From Octopus vulgaris (taxonomy: Eukaryota), in contig OX597819.1 in NCBI GenBank assembly GCA_951406725.2, forward strand, positions 34,534,001 to 34,598,000: a stretch of 64,000 nt of DNA, in the 5' to 3' direction. The stretch's first letter is position 1. Each line of letters starts with the position of its first letter. Of the stretch, positions 42,560 through 55,247 are shown one piece after another. A program made the position numbers and the translations under genes. Under the pieces are notes generated by a model. The model made no database searches, was not told the origin of the DNA, and worked only from the letters and a program-made list of their open reading frames with translations.

Positions 42560-43240
42560 ATGAGGGTCCTGAGTAGGACTTGAAACTGCATTTGGTAGTG
42601 GGGCTCTGGTTCAGGATTTCCAGAATTTTGAGGAGAGTGGAACCACCTCTTAGCCACTATTGTTCCCAGATCTACTTTATTCTGGAATAGCAGCATCTGT
42701 CAGAATCCCAGCTATGGGTTAATTAGTAAGGCAGTCAGGTAGATGGGAAGGAATAGGCACAATCCATCTAAGGGAAAGAAAACCCTGATTCCAAACCTCC
42801 GCTGTCTTGTAGCCATATCCAGCCATTGGAAAGGCTTTGGGAGTAAACTTGGAGGTAAAATTGTGAGTCAGAGCCCCTGAGACAGTTTAACATTGTCTCC
42901 AACCTTGTTCTAACAACTCCTACAATAATAGTGATGCCAGATTGTAATGGCCATTGTTGTTCCCACCATGGAATGAGAGGGGGTACATGCAAAGGTAACA
43001 ACCTGCTGCACAGGCAAGCCTACCATGCTGCCTAGGCTTAGATCTTATTGAATACCCTTTGGTGAAGAGACAGATGAATGCAGTTGAAGACAGATCCAAG
43101 GAAATGGACACTACAACTCAAATGGTACAGAGAAGCCTTACAAGTGTGGCATGAGTGGCAGAGAGTACCATTCGCATATTAGCCTGTTTAGTTATAGACA
43201 AAGCTGTTCCAGCAGAGTGGACAATTGGTACCTTCATCCA
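42560..43240 (+). mobile_element. Probable decayed RTE-type LINE 5' region
   Basis: Higher GC; aaaccctgattccaaacctccgctgtcttg resembles RTE 5' UTRs, and it ends at an IGT-like endonuclease start. This is recognition only. Confidence 0.35.
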
Positions 43241-43921
43241 TGGTCAATAATGACAAATAGAAGCCACAGAGATAACCACACAGCTGTGTCATCAACCATA
43301 GCTGTGCAATAATTAGAAGCAGGGAAATTCTTTGTAATAACATATACAGTCATGTGCATTATACAAAAGAAGATAGCTACCACAGAAAGAAGCTGGTGAG
43401 GATATTAACTTAGTATCTAATTAATTCATTACTTACACAATAGGGTGAACTAATGTATTTTAATTAAAGTTACGCCTGTAGTGATAAGAAATAATTATTA
43501 ACTTGGTCAATAGAGGCAAGGGAGGTAAATCTGAAACATAAATTAATTAAAAATAAGAATGACAGTATTAGAGTTGGAGTGGAGTCTATTATTGATAACT
43601 ATGGTGATAAATCTAAACTTCTGATAAAAACATTTCTAGAAGGGCGTGTCTTTGTTATCCAAAAGCAAGAAATAATTACCAATAACATTATATAATAACT
43701 CTTTCTATTATAGACACAAGGCCTGAAATATTTTTGGAGGGTGCTAGTCAATTACGCAGTGCTCAATCAGTACCTATTGAATCCTGAAAAGATGAAAGGA
43801 AAAGTAGACCTTGGTAACAATTGAACTCAGAACACGAAGAGACAAAAGAAATGCTGCCAAGCATTTTGTCTGGTATGCTAATGCTTCTGCCAGTTCACTG
43901 CCTTTCTTATCTTATATATAA

Positions 43922-44766
43922 CTAGCTTAAGGTGACCCGCTCTACGCAAGGGTGAGGGTGTGGTTGTGACTTCCTGTTGCTTCCTTTCTGTTTCTTATCG
44001 CCACATTCTCCCTTTTTGTTTCTCTCTCCTTTCTCTCTCACTTTCCCACTCTCTTACTCTTCCTTTCTCTCGGACTCTCCCTCGCTTTCTCTTACTCTCT
44101 ATCTTTCTCTATTTATTTCTCTCCCATTTATAAAAAACAAAAGATCTTGAGTAAGTTGAGAAAGAAAATATTTTGAAAGATCAATCATAAATATCAGGTA
44201 GTGACAACAGAAAGCATGCTTGCCTTTTGTACGTGCCACTACTTGAGCAATTAAAAATAAGGGAAAAAAGGATTTTTTTGTTAAATTTAGTACTTATTTT
44301 GGGAATTTTTCGATGACTGACCATGCAAATGAAAGCTCTAAACACGGGCTAAATGCAGTTGTAAATTTCTTTCAGAAAAAATGAAAACTGTAAACAGTAA
44401 AAAAAAAGGGCAAAAATACATAAAAATGAGAAATTTTTTTCAACTTCAAAAATCTTGCCTTAATTTTCAAAATTTAAAACCCATTTTCCTCACTTAAATT
44501 ACAAATCCACTTCCACTTCACCATGTTGAAAATTTGATTGAAAAAGGTGTCCAATTTAGACCCCCAAGTGTTCCCCAAAATCAAAAATATCCCCATTTTC
44601 ACACCAAAGCAACCACTGCAGCACCCCAAAACGTCTCCCAATCAATTTCTCACCACAAGTTACCTCCTCCTGTAAATTTGAATCCCCTTCCAGCCCCATT
44701 TAGACCCCTTTTAACATATAAATCCAATTTGTATCAACGTTCACCTTCTTCATTTTATAGATTAGA
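43922..44766 (-). mobile_element. Non-autonomous Helitron
   Basis: The minus strand begins TC(taatctataaaa) and ends with a GC hairpin (cccttgcgtagagcggg) then CTAG. It is inserted between A and T with no TSD. Confidence 0.7.
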
Positions 44767-44804
44767 TGTAGACAAAGATTAAAGCAACAAAGCAGCTTCT
44801 ACAT

Positions 44805-45132
44805 CATTGATTCCCAACATGGAGCATACACCCCACTAGTGGAGCCCGGGAATCCAAATATTTTTTTCTTTTCCTTTTTTAGTGGGACATGGAATTGTGA
44901 GTATCTTTTTTTTTTTACGGCAGACATACTACACCTATACTCAGCCTAGCCAAACCAATCCCTCCAGCCAAGCATATTGTGTGAAGACTGTTTGCCACAG
45001 TATAGCCCTTTAAGGAAAGTTTATAATTATGAAATATTAAAGATAAAGTTGTTTTTTCCAACCACTAGTGGGGCTTACACTTTTCTGGAAAGTTATAGTG
45101 GGGCCTGGGGGTAAAAATGTTGGGAAATATTG
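44805..45132. mobile_element. hAT (Charlie-like) MITE
   Basis: cattgattcccaacat / atgttgggaaatattg termini, with 8-bp TSD ttctacat / ctctacat. Confidence 0.7.
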
Positions 45133-45149
45133 CTCTACATAGTCACTTT

Positions 45150-45540
45150 ATCTGCTAGAAATAGTAGCCAAATATCTCTCATCACACTGCACTGTCTTAT
45201 AAATGGAAAAAACTTTGGATTATGTATTACTAGATGTCCTAAAAACTCAGGATGGTCACAGCAGGAAAGCCTTTGATCATAGTTCTGCATGATCAAGGGT
45301 GAACCAGGACAAACAACAAGCCACTGAATTGAGCTAGAAAATAGTTGCTATACCACACATATCTGCTAGAAATAGTAGCCAAATATCTGTCATCACACTT
45401 CATTGTCTTAAAAAGCAAAGACTTTGAATTATATACAACTAGATGTCCTGAAAATTTGGGATGGCCACAGCAGGAAAGCCTCTGTCATAGTTCTGCATGA
45501 TCAGAGCTGAACTAGGACTAAGCAACAATAACAAGCCAAT
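45150..45540 (+). repeat. ~210-bp tandem duplication of a dispersed repeat; other copies near 20170, 23015 and 33915
   Basis: atctgctagaaatagtagccaaatatct occurs at 45150 and 45361. Confidence 0.8.
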
Positions 45541-45900
45541 ATATTAATTTTTTTTTTTTTTCATATTTCTTTATTGCCCACAACATAGAGGGGACAAACA
45601 CGGACAGACAAAGAGATTAAGTCAATTACATCGACTCCAGTGCATAACTGGTGCTTAATTTATCAACTCTGAAATGATGAAACGGTTGTTTGCCACACAG
45701 AAATATGAGGGATGTTAGCCACACGAACCCTTTAGTATTTAAATCAGCCATATCCAGCCTAAATATGCTTCCTGCTTTATGTTCTAACAGGCCAGGTCCA
45801 GCCTATCACACCTACCCTTCAATGCCACTACAAAATATAGAATCTCATCATCAAAATTGTGAAACTAATTTTGAAGCAATAACATAATGCAAGATGAATT

Positions 45901-46288
45901 GGGATGGAAGCACTCCGTCGGTTACGACGATGAGGGTTCCGGTTGATCCGAATCAATGGAACAGCCTGCTCGTGAAATTAACGTGTAAGTGGCTGAGCAC
46001 TCCACAGACACGTGCACCCTTAACGTAGTTCTCGGGGATATTCAGCGTGACACAGAGAGTGACAAGGCCGGCCCTTTGAAATACAGGTACAACAGAAACA
46101 GGAAGTAAGAGTGAGAGAAAGTTGTGGTGAAAGAGTACAGCAGGGATCCCCACCATCCCCTGCCGGAGCCTCGTGGAGCTTTTAGGTGTTTTCGCTCAAT
46201 AAACACTCACAACGCCCGGTCTGGGAATCGAAACCGCGATCCTATGATCGCGAGTCCACTGCCCTAACCACTGGGCCATTGCGCCTCC
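45901..46288 (-). mobile_element. tRNA-derived SINE (head A, tail type 2) with TSD
   Basis: Nearly identical to 35839-36224, with 11-bp TSD caagatgaatt. It is nested in a piggyBac-type MITE. Confidence 0.9.
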
Positions 46289-46569
46289 ACAAGATGAATT
46301 AAAAACAATGTGAATAAAAAAAGCAGAACATTTCAGAGAATAATCTGAATGCTAAAGGGTTAAAAATATAATGAATATGTTAGCTTCCCAAGAGAGATGG
46401 CATTTCAAAAACAAGAATGTATACAATGTATTCCTTCCTGTAAAGGATTGTCCTAATGAAAATCCCTAAAACATAATAAAAAACAAAATAAATCCAAAAT
46501 TTAAAAATAGAAAAATATTGCTGGATTATTCCAACAAAAAATCTATGAAATACATCAGAACTGTTACTA

Positions 46570-46807
46570 TTGGGTTGGTGCATAATTATTGCAGCTTTTT
46601 TTTCAATAAAAGCAATAACAACATGTAACAAAAACATCTTTAAATGATTATTCTGGAGCATATTCACCATCTACTTCAATTACTGCTTCCCATTTGCTTG
46701 GCAGACAGCCAGACCATCATTTAAAGACGTTTTTGTTAAATATCGTTATTGTTTTTGGTGTCTAAAATTTGTTGAGAAAAAGCCACAAAAATTATGTACC
46801 GACCCCT
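46570..46807 (-). mobile_element. Mariner internal-deletion derivative (MITE)
   Basis: TA followed by ttgggttggtgcataatt / aattatgtaccgaccc termini. The minus strand retains the mariner C-terminus LPSKWEAVIEVDGEYAPE*. Confidence 0.8.
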
Positions 46808-46920
46808 TATATTCCCTCAGATATGGTGCCAATGTCTTTTATAGTTTGAGAAGGTCAACATCTCAACAGATATGAATCACTAGTTTAAAGAATACAAAAA
46901 CAGAAACACATCATCATCAT

Positions 46921-46951
<31 letters not shown>

Positions 46952-46952
<1 letters not shown>

Positions 46953-47608
46953 AGGCAGCAAGCTGGCAGAATTGTTAGCAAGCTGGACAAAATGCTTAGT
47001 TGTATTTCATCTATCTTTACAATCTGAGTTCAAATTGTGCTGCAGTCAACTTTGCCCTTCATCCTTTTGGAGGTCAATAAATAAAGTACAAGTGAAACAC
47101 CAAGGTCAATGTAATCAACTATTCTCTAACCCCAAAGTTCCGGGGCTTGTGCTTTTAGTAGAAAGGATTATTATTAAAGGTGGCGAGCTGGCAGAAATGT
47201 TAGCACCGACGGGTGAAATACTTAGCGGTATTGCGACTGCCTTTATGTTCTGAGTTCAAATTCCGCCGAGGTTAACTTTGCCTTTCATCCTTTCGGGGTT
47301 GATAAATTAAGTACCAGTTACGCACTGGGGTCAATGTATTCGACTTAATCCCTTTGTCTGTCCTTGTTTGTCCCCTGTATGTTTAACCCCTTGTAGGCAA
47401 TAAAGAAATAAGAATCATCAGCATGCCAGGCAAAATGCTTAGCACCATTTCATCCCTCCTTACATTCTGAGTTCAAATTCCACCACAACCAACTTTACCT
47501 TTCATCCTTTAGGAGTCAATAAAATAAGTACTAGAGAAACATTAGGGTCAATAAAATCAACTTCACCTCTTCCCAAAAATTTCAGGTTTCATGCTTTTAG
47601 TAGATAGG

Positions 47609-47612
<4 letters not shown>
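46952..47612 (+). mobile_element. Cluster of 3 tandem or nested Meta/MESC-core-like SINE copies; many others across the window (e.g. 17760, 18410, 20397, 22075, 54508, 55250)
   Basis: Repeated gagctggcagaa..ctgagttcaaattcc..gcctttcatcctttcggggtcgataaa..agtaccag. Confidence 0.85.
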
Positions 47613-47647
<35 letters not shown>

Positions 47648-47650
<3 letters not shown>

Positions 47651-47745
47651 TAGTTTTATTTTTATAGCGTGCTTTCACTTCACTACCGAGCGCAGCTCTG
47701 TGTGCCTTGGGTATGTGCTGTGATTTGTTGTGATACTCTGATGGT
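47648..47745 (-). mobile_element. Probable R4/Dong-type LINE 3' end embedded in (TAA)n
   Basis: A ~100-bp unique insert between two (ATT)n arrays. A similar (ATT)n-anchored piece lies at 54143-54230. Confidence 0.45.
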
Positions 47746-47771
47746 TATTATTATTATTATTATTATTATTA

Positions 47772-47808
<37 letters not shown>

Positions 47809-47828
47809 CATTATTATCATTATTATCA

Positions 47829-47883
<55 letters not shown>

Positions 47884-48264
47884 CATCATTATTATTATTA
47901 TTATTATTATTTAAAACAATCTCATGCATCCTGATGCAACTTTCTATAAGGAGCCTATAAAACTAAGTTGCATGGGACCAAAGCTAACTGTTTCCAACAA
48001 TGTATATTAGTGAACCCCTACTAAATATGCTGTGCACTTCTTTGTTTTGTCCACTCACTCACATATGCTTTCAGTGCAAATAGTTTAGTAGTTTTGCTAT
48101 ACAGCACCATGTTTTACAATCCTGCAAATAATAATAATGGTATTTATATAAACTTAAATCTTACGGTAATCACTGTGCAATGACTAAGGAAAATAGTCTA
48201 ATAAAGGGGCATATATATATATATATACACACACACAAACACATACACTCAAACACAGATTCAC

Positions 48265-48329
<65 letters not shown>

Positions 48330-49519
48330 TGTGTGTACGTATGTATTCACAAATATGTGTTTGCATGGTTGTGACTTCCTCTTCTCTTGACATTGTCCAA
48401 AACAAGGGAAGGACACAAAATGATGTCACCATATAGACATGCAAATAATGTCACAGTATAAATGGTACCATTGGTTACAGCTGCTGTGAAAACATGTCAT
48501 CATTCAGCTGTCCCATGTTTGATAAATCAGAGGAAATAGCACCTTACTTGCAAACAGGTAAGAGCTAACAAAAGAAAGGGCATACCACCAGGGAGTGACA
48601 GTGTGGTAGGAAGTTCGCTTCCCAATCACATGGTCCCAGGTTCAGTCTTCTACTATTGCCTCAGGGCGACCAAAGTCTTGTGAGTGGGTTTAGTAGATGG
48701 AAATTGAAAGAAGCCCATCATGTGTGTGTGTGTGCGCATTTCTTTGTGTTTGTGTTTGTCCCCCACTACTGCTTAACAACTGATGTTCTTATGTTTATGT
48801 TCCTGTAACTTAGCAGTTCAGCAAATGACATTGACAGAGTAAGTACCAGGCTTTAAAAAATGATAAATACAAGGATCAGTTCATTCAACTAGCATAGAAA
48901 AGGTGGACATTAAAATGATGATGGTGAAGGTGGTGATGATGATAATGATATATTTCATAAAATTCATTCTGACTGGGACTTCGAAATTTACAAAATTTTG
49001 CCTGATGAATCATCCAACCAGACGGGTTGAATAAGCTGTCAGCCGAAACTTAAAATGCCGATTAAAATGAATTCAGTAATAAATTTTAATTAACTTTCAG
49101 TGTCGAGTCTCTTCATTAATTAAGAAGTGTTTTGTTGCTACCTTTTAACTTGATTTTAAATAACTTCTTTAATTTAATATATGTGTATGTACATATGCAA
49201 TAACTTGTTATGCAAAAAGGTTAATGATGATCTGAGTCAATCTGTTATTAAATATATACATTGCCAACTACATGTTGATTGCTATGTTCATTGTTTGGTT
49301 CTGAATTCTATAGAAAATCTATAAAGATAACTTAAAAGTGGAAATATAATCAAAAGTGTATATTGTTGTTAAATGTTCGAAATACAAGACTAGAAAAACA
49401 GCCAACAACTGATGAAAGGTCATTTTTTATGCTTGTTTTGCTTTCCATTTGTGTCTTGTTCCGAAGAATAGTTCATGTGTACTGTTTCGTACTGTTTCAT
49501 GATGTCCTGTGCCCACATA

Positions 49520-49555
<36 letters not shown>

Positions 49556-49557
<2 letters not shown>

Positions 49558-50121
49558 TATAAATGAGGGTGAAAAATTAGATATTAATTTAATAATACCG
49601 TCAGTTTAACACCAAGTGGCCTAGCACATAGAAACCAGAGAGACAGTACAAATTTATACATAAATATAAGAGAGTTAACGTTAAGTGGCTAACTCTTAAA
49701 TTAATATCTAATTTTTCACCCTCATTTATAAATTTATAAAATAAGTATGCTGCAGCAAATATTGTATGCGGTATTGGTTTCCACGGAGTCTTAGCATGCT
49801 TTTGGCGGGAAGCTAAACCACAACTATGTATGCAATCAATCAGACCGCATGAGTATTTTATCGCCCGTGTGGATCTGATAAATTGTATCGAGGACAAATA
49901 CTGCTGATGAATTATAGACATATATGTGAGTATAATTGCATATTATGTTGATAAAGAAACAATTGTTCAGTATTAATCTATCTTTTCATTGTATTTCGCT
50001 TCCCTTACGTTGAAGGTAATGTTATTTCTTCTGTGGAAACAATCTTCGGTGGCTATACCAGAATAAGGAGCTATTTCTAGCACTAGAGTTAGCCACTTAA
50101 CGTTAACTCTCTTATATTTAT
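49556..50121 (+). mobile_element. Hammerhead-containing non-autonomous PLE/retrozyme-like insertion with interlocked inverted repeats
   Basis: Two 37-bp perfect inverted pairs (49556-49592/49696-49732 and 49660-49696/50085-50121), an internal hammerhead, and flanking (TA)n. Confidence 0.75.
49897..49974 (+). ncRNA. Minimal type I hammerhead ribozyme (predicted)
   Basis: aatactg CTGATGA [45-nt stem II region] GAAA C aatt G T T cagtatt. Perfect 7-bp stem I, intact CUGANGA/GAAA core, and palindromic ACAATTGT stem III. Predicted cleavage is after 49967. Confidence 0.8.
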
Positions 50122-50182
50122 ATATATATATATACGTATAGATGTAAGTATGTACATATACGTATGTATATATGCATATATA

Positions 50183-50418
50183 TAGGGTGGCCCCAAAAGT
50201 AGGTTTACAGTTATCACATAGGCATTTGCAATTTCTTTTAAAATATTTTATTACATTTAAATTTCTATCTTACAAAATGAAAACGGAGCTTGACAAAATT
50301 AAGTAAATTAGCATAGAATAACGGTTTCATATTTTTTCATAATTAAGATCTAAACTATTAAGATATGAATGCAAAAGAGATAGTTGAATAACTGTAAACC
50401 TACTTTTGGGTCACTCTG
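50183..50418. mobile_element. Tc1/mariner-type MITE
   Basis: ~30-bp TIRs agggtggccccaaaagtaggtttacagttat / ataactgtaaacctacttttgggtcactct in a TA-repeat context. Confidence 0.8.
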
Positions 50419-50448
50419 TGTGTATATATATATATATATATATACAAC

Positions 50449-50481
<33 letters not shown>

Positions 50482-50877
50482 GATATATACATATAAGTGG
50501 AATAGGGTATATTTAATGACATAAAATAAACTCTAGATGTATTGAAAATATCCTCATTTCCAAAGTAGTTTGGTACCACCTACAAATGAGAAGGGGAGAT
50601 AATTTCAAGAATTAGAATTCTACAAAATTAAGAGGACAGTTGAGGACATGTTCCAGCTTCAATAGGCATCAACATCACAGCAACTGTTCTACCTTATGTT
50701 CAACTGATGAAACACAGAGAGAGAGACAGACAGACAGACAGTTAGACAGAAGGGGGGAGGAAGAAAGAAAAGAAGGAAAGAAAAATTTCTTAGTGAGAGG
50801 TAAATGAATGAACTAGCAAAACTAAAGAGTCAAAAAGTAAGAAAAAAACATACCTTATTTACTTTGTATAAGTTTGA

Positions 50878-50908
<31 letters not shown>

Positions 50909-51444
50909 CATACATGTGTGTGTGTGCATGCGCATGCACATGTGCATTTACAATAATATATATATATATATATATGATGAAGCCTTCCGGCTTCACAGAC
51001 CCCAGTTGAACCGTCCAACCTATGCTAGCATGGAAAACGGATGCTAAATGATGATGATGATGATGATGATGATATATATATATATATACATATGTATATA
51101 TATATATATATGTATATATATATTATAAACATACATAGACAATAATATGCAAAAATGTACAGAAATACATAACAATCAAAATAAAATATGAAACACGACC
51201 TCCTCCTGTTTGTGTTTGTTTGTGTAGTAAAGAAATAATATCCTAGTACCATGTCAGCCCTTTCCCGGCTGTTGTAACTGTGTAAGTTAGTCACCAGGTG
51301 GCACCGTAGTCCAAACATCAATAACAACAACTACTACAATGTTTGAAATCAAAACTTAAGCCAGAATCTAAACAGCTAGTGTAGCACTAATATCTACCAC
51401 TACTACTGCTGCTGCTGCTGCTACCACTACTACTACTACCACTA

Positions 51445-51519
<75 letters not shown>

Positions 51520-51932
51520 TTACTACAAGTCGTATTTTTGCCACATGTCAAACTTCCAGTAATATTCTGCTTAAGGATTGGCAAATTTTATGGGGTTTTT
51601 TCTTCTTTTTTTTTCAAAAATAAAGAAGCAAAAACAATTTTGCTTTTTAGGCATTTATTTTTTTTTTCCATAATTTCCTTTACTTATTGTTCATGTACTT
51701 TTTCTTCCATGTGAATTTATACATATGCTATAAACAGACATGCAAAGACAGTCAGCCAGACAGACGCATTTTATGACAAAACATACACACACACACACAC
51801 ATATTTATATAGGTTTGCGAGTGTGTACACAAACATTATTCATTAAAAAATTCTGCTTGTTGACAATCCTACAAAATAAACCAATTATAATCTATAATAG
51901 TAGAAGTTAACTTAACCTGTTCTCAATAATTC

Positions 51933-52102
51933 GGTGTAGGAGTGGCTGTGTGGTTAAGTAGCTTGCTTAGAAGCCACATGGTTCCGGGTTCAGACCCACT
52001 GCATGGCACCTTGGGCAAGTGTCTTCTACTATAGCCTCGGGCCGACTAAAGCCTTGTGAGTGGATTTGGTAGATGGAAACTGAAAGAAGCTCGTTGTATA
52101 TA

Positions 52103-52153
<51 letters not shown>

Positions 52154-52360
52154 ATGTTTGTGTGTCTGTGTTTGTCCCCCCAACATCGCTTGACAACCGA
52201 TACTGGTGTGTTTATGTCCCCGTAACTTAGCGGTTCGGCAAAAGCGACCGATAGAATAAGTACTAGGCTTACAAAGAATAAGTCCTGGGGTCGATTTGCT
52301 CGATTAAAGGTGGTGCTCCAGCATGGCCACAGTCACATGACTGAAACAAGTAAAAGAGAG
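51933..52360 (+). mobile_element. Dominant tRNA-derived SINE with internal (TA)n(TG)n; full copies also at 60102-60507 (+), 29271-29678 (-) and 20369-20963 (+), plus many fragments
   Basis: Head ggagtggctgtgtggt..ggttcagtcccactg, an internal microsatellite, and tail catggccacagtc..gactgaaacaagtaaaaga. It is repeated throughout the window. Confidence 0.9.
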
Positions 52361-52750
52361 TGTAATTACTTAACTCTTTGCTTCTAGTGGACACAGACAG
52401 AAACGAGGTTTTTTTAAAACTCAATATATATAAAATGATTACTTAAACCCTTTTTATACTAACCTGCTCCAAACTGCCACCAGTTCTATGATACAGACTT
52501 CTAGTTTTAAAGGGGTCTAAATTAAAACCATGGAGATACATGGCTTAGTGGTTAGAGTATCTGATTCATGACCATAAGATAGTGCTTTCAATTCCTGGAC
52601 TAGGCAATGCATTGTGTTCTTGAACAAAGCACTTCATTTCACATCGCTCCACCAGGCTTTCTCGCTCTAGATACACTGCAGTGCCCAAACGACCCACAGG
52701 GAGTTAAGGGACTTGTCAAATTAAAACCTTCCTTCAAACTTTCATGTTAA

Positions 52751-52970
52751 CCCTTTCGTTACTGTATTTATTTTGAGATGCTCTGTGTTTCTTTCAATTA
52801 CTTTAAATATAACAAAGAATTTATTAAAATAACTTAGTTATCATTAAACTAGTGTTAGGAACATAAATTGTGACTAAGGTTTGGTGGAAGATTTTAATTC
52901 AAAACTTATGGAAACAAGATATTTGTACTCAGACCCAGAGGCGGTTTCAGCCAGGTTGGTAACGAAAGGG
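52751..52970. mobile_element. piggyBac-type MITE
   Basis: TTAA-ccctttcgttac ... gtaacgaaaggg-TTAA. Confidence 0.85.
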
Positions 52971-53144
52971 TTAAATAATATTTCAAATACCTGATTAATA
53001 AACAACAAAGTTATTCTAATAAATTTCCTGTATTTCAAACTTGTTTTAAATACAGGCAGTGTGTTTCACCAAAAATATAGTAGCAAAAATTTCGTTTTAA
53101 CAGGAAGATAAAATGTGGAAAAAAAAATCACTTATGAATTAAGC

Positions 53145-53312
53145 AAACTACACTTAATCACACACATTACAGTATACATACACAGACAAAATAGAACACA
53201 GATACAAAAGAACATATGTTGACAGTAGAACATATGCACACATACACACAGCAGAATGCACACAGACAGCACAACCAATAAATGAAAAGAGACACACAGA
53301 CAAACACACACA

Positions 53313-53398
<86 letters not shown>

Positions 53399-53696
53399 GA
53401 GCAGAAAATATTTTGCCTTTCTTTTACTTACTTTAGTTATTGAACTGCAGCTATGATAAGGGCAACCAGCTTGAAAAGTTTTACTTTAACAAACTGACCA
53501 TAGTGCTTTTGTGTGTGTGTGTGTGTGTGTGTCTCTCTCTCTCTCTTCTCATTTACTGGTTGTGCTGTCTGTGTGCATTCTGCTGTGTGTATGTGTGCAT
53601 GTGTTCTACTGTCAACATGTGTTCTTTTGTCATGTTCTATTTTGTGTGTGCGTGTGTGTGTATATATATTGTAATGTGTGTGAATAAGTGTAGTTT
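53145..53696. repeat. Diverged ~170-bp inverted repeat
   Basis: 53145-53310 is the reverse complement of ~53510-53696, with scattered mismatches. Confidence 0.85.
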
Positions 53697-53827
53697 TTCA
53701 GTCTGGTATATCCTTTGTCACTTTTGCCAAACCACTAAGTTACAGACATATACAAACCAACAGAAGTAGGTGGGCTGACAAGTAGGTGGGCAAACACAAG
53801 ACACACACATACACACACACAGACTCA

Positions 53828-53868
<41 letters not shown>

Positions 53869-54402
53869 ACATATAAATGCCCAGTCCATGCCAGCATGGA
53901 AAACAGATGTTAGAAGATGATGATGATGGTGGTGGTGGTGGTGCTCAAGAGGTTCCTGAATAAGGGTTGTTAAAGGATGGTAAATGAAACACCCATGTTT
54001 CCAGAGGTGAATTATTCAAACCCCTATGAATTCCTCTCAAAACATGATTATGATGCTCCCCCACTACTACTGCTTGTGATCATAGATACACATATGATAA
54101 CCACTGCTTGTTACTGCATCAGGGCATTTATTATTATTATTATTCTATGTTTGACTTTTACTTTATGTCTGTACAAGTTGGCTCCAAGTCTCACCCAGAG
54201 ACCTCAAGAGACAACAGGCTGGAAGTTCTGTGCCATATATTTGGGGTTTTTTTTTCCTTCTTTCTTTTTTTTCTGGTGTTGTACTAGTGAATGTCTAATA
54301 CATTAAAAAAAATAATAAAAAATAAAAAAATAAATAAATAAATAAATAAATAAAAAGTTTGTTTTAAACCTTGGGATTACATAGAGAGTATTTTGCGTAG
54401 GA

Positions 54403-54443
<41 letters not shown>

Positions 54444-55214
54444 CATTGTTAATATTAATGTTGTTGTTGTTATTGTTATCACCATCATCATCATCATCCT
54501 CATCATTAAGGCGGTGAGCTGGCAGAATCGTTAGCATACCACGTGAAATGCTTAGCAGTATTTCATCTGTCTTTACACTCCGAGTTCAAATTCCACTAAG
54601 GTCAACTTTGCCTTTCATCCTTTTGGGGTCAATAAATTAAGTACCAGTTGTGTACTGGAGTCAATTTAATCAACCAGTCTCCTCCCCAACAATTTCAGAC
54701 ATTGTGTCTATAGTAGAAAGAATCATCATTATTATTATTATTGAGTGAGAGAGCAGTTCATGCCATCAAAGTGACACTGGGGTAAAATATACGAAGCCCA
54801 ATATACCCATCATGACTACCCGTCTGATAAAGGTACACCAGGCACATGCATCACAACCATATGTGCGCGACATGGTGATCTCATATCAAGATAAACAGCA
54901 CATGACCTTGCAGGTGGGGCCCAGTTAGAATTTTCTTCTGGTCGAGTTCCCATCCCGCTCAAACGGTCTCTGAATAAGGGTTGTTTAAGGATGTTGAAAG
55001 AACCACCCATGTTTCCAGAGGTGAACTATTCAAACCCCAAAGAATCCCTCTCAACACATGGCTATGATGCTCCCCCACTACTTCTGCTCGTGATCAGAGA
55101 TGCACATATCGTCAGCCACTAAGGGACATGCTCAACTGGTTATGGTCAAACAACTGACAAGCAAATCTGTGGTATTGAGCAGAATATTTGCTGTAGCCCA
55201 TCTTTTATACCAAG

Positions 55215-55247
<33 letters not shown>

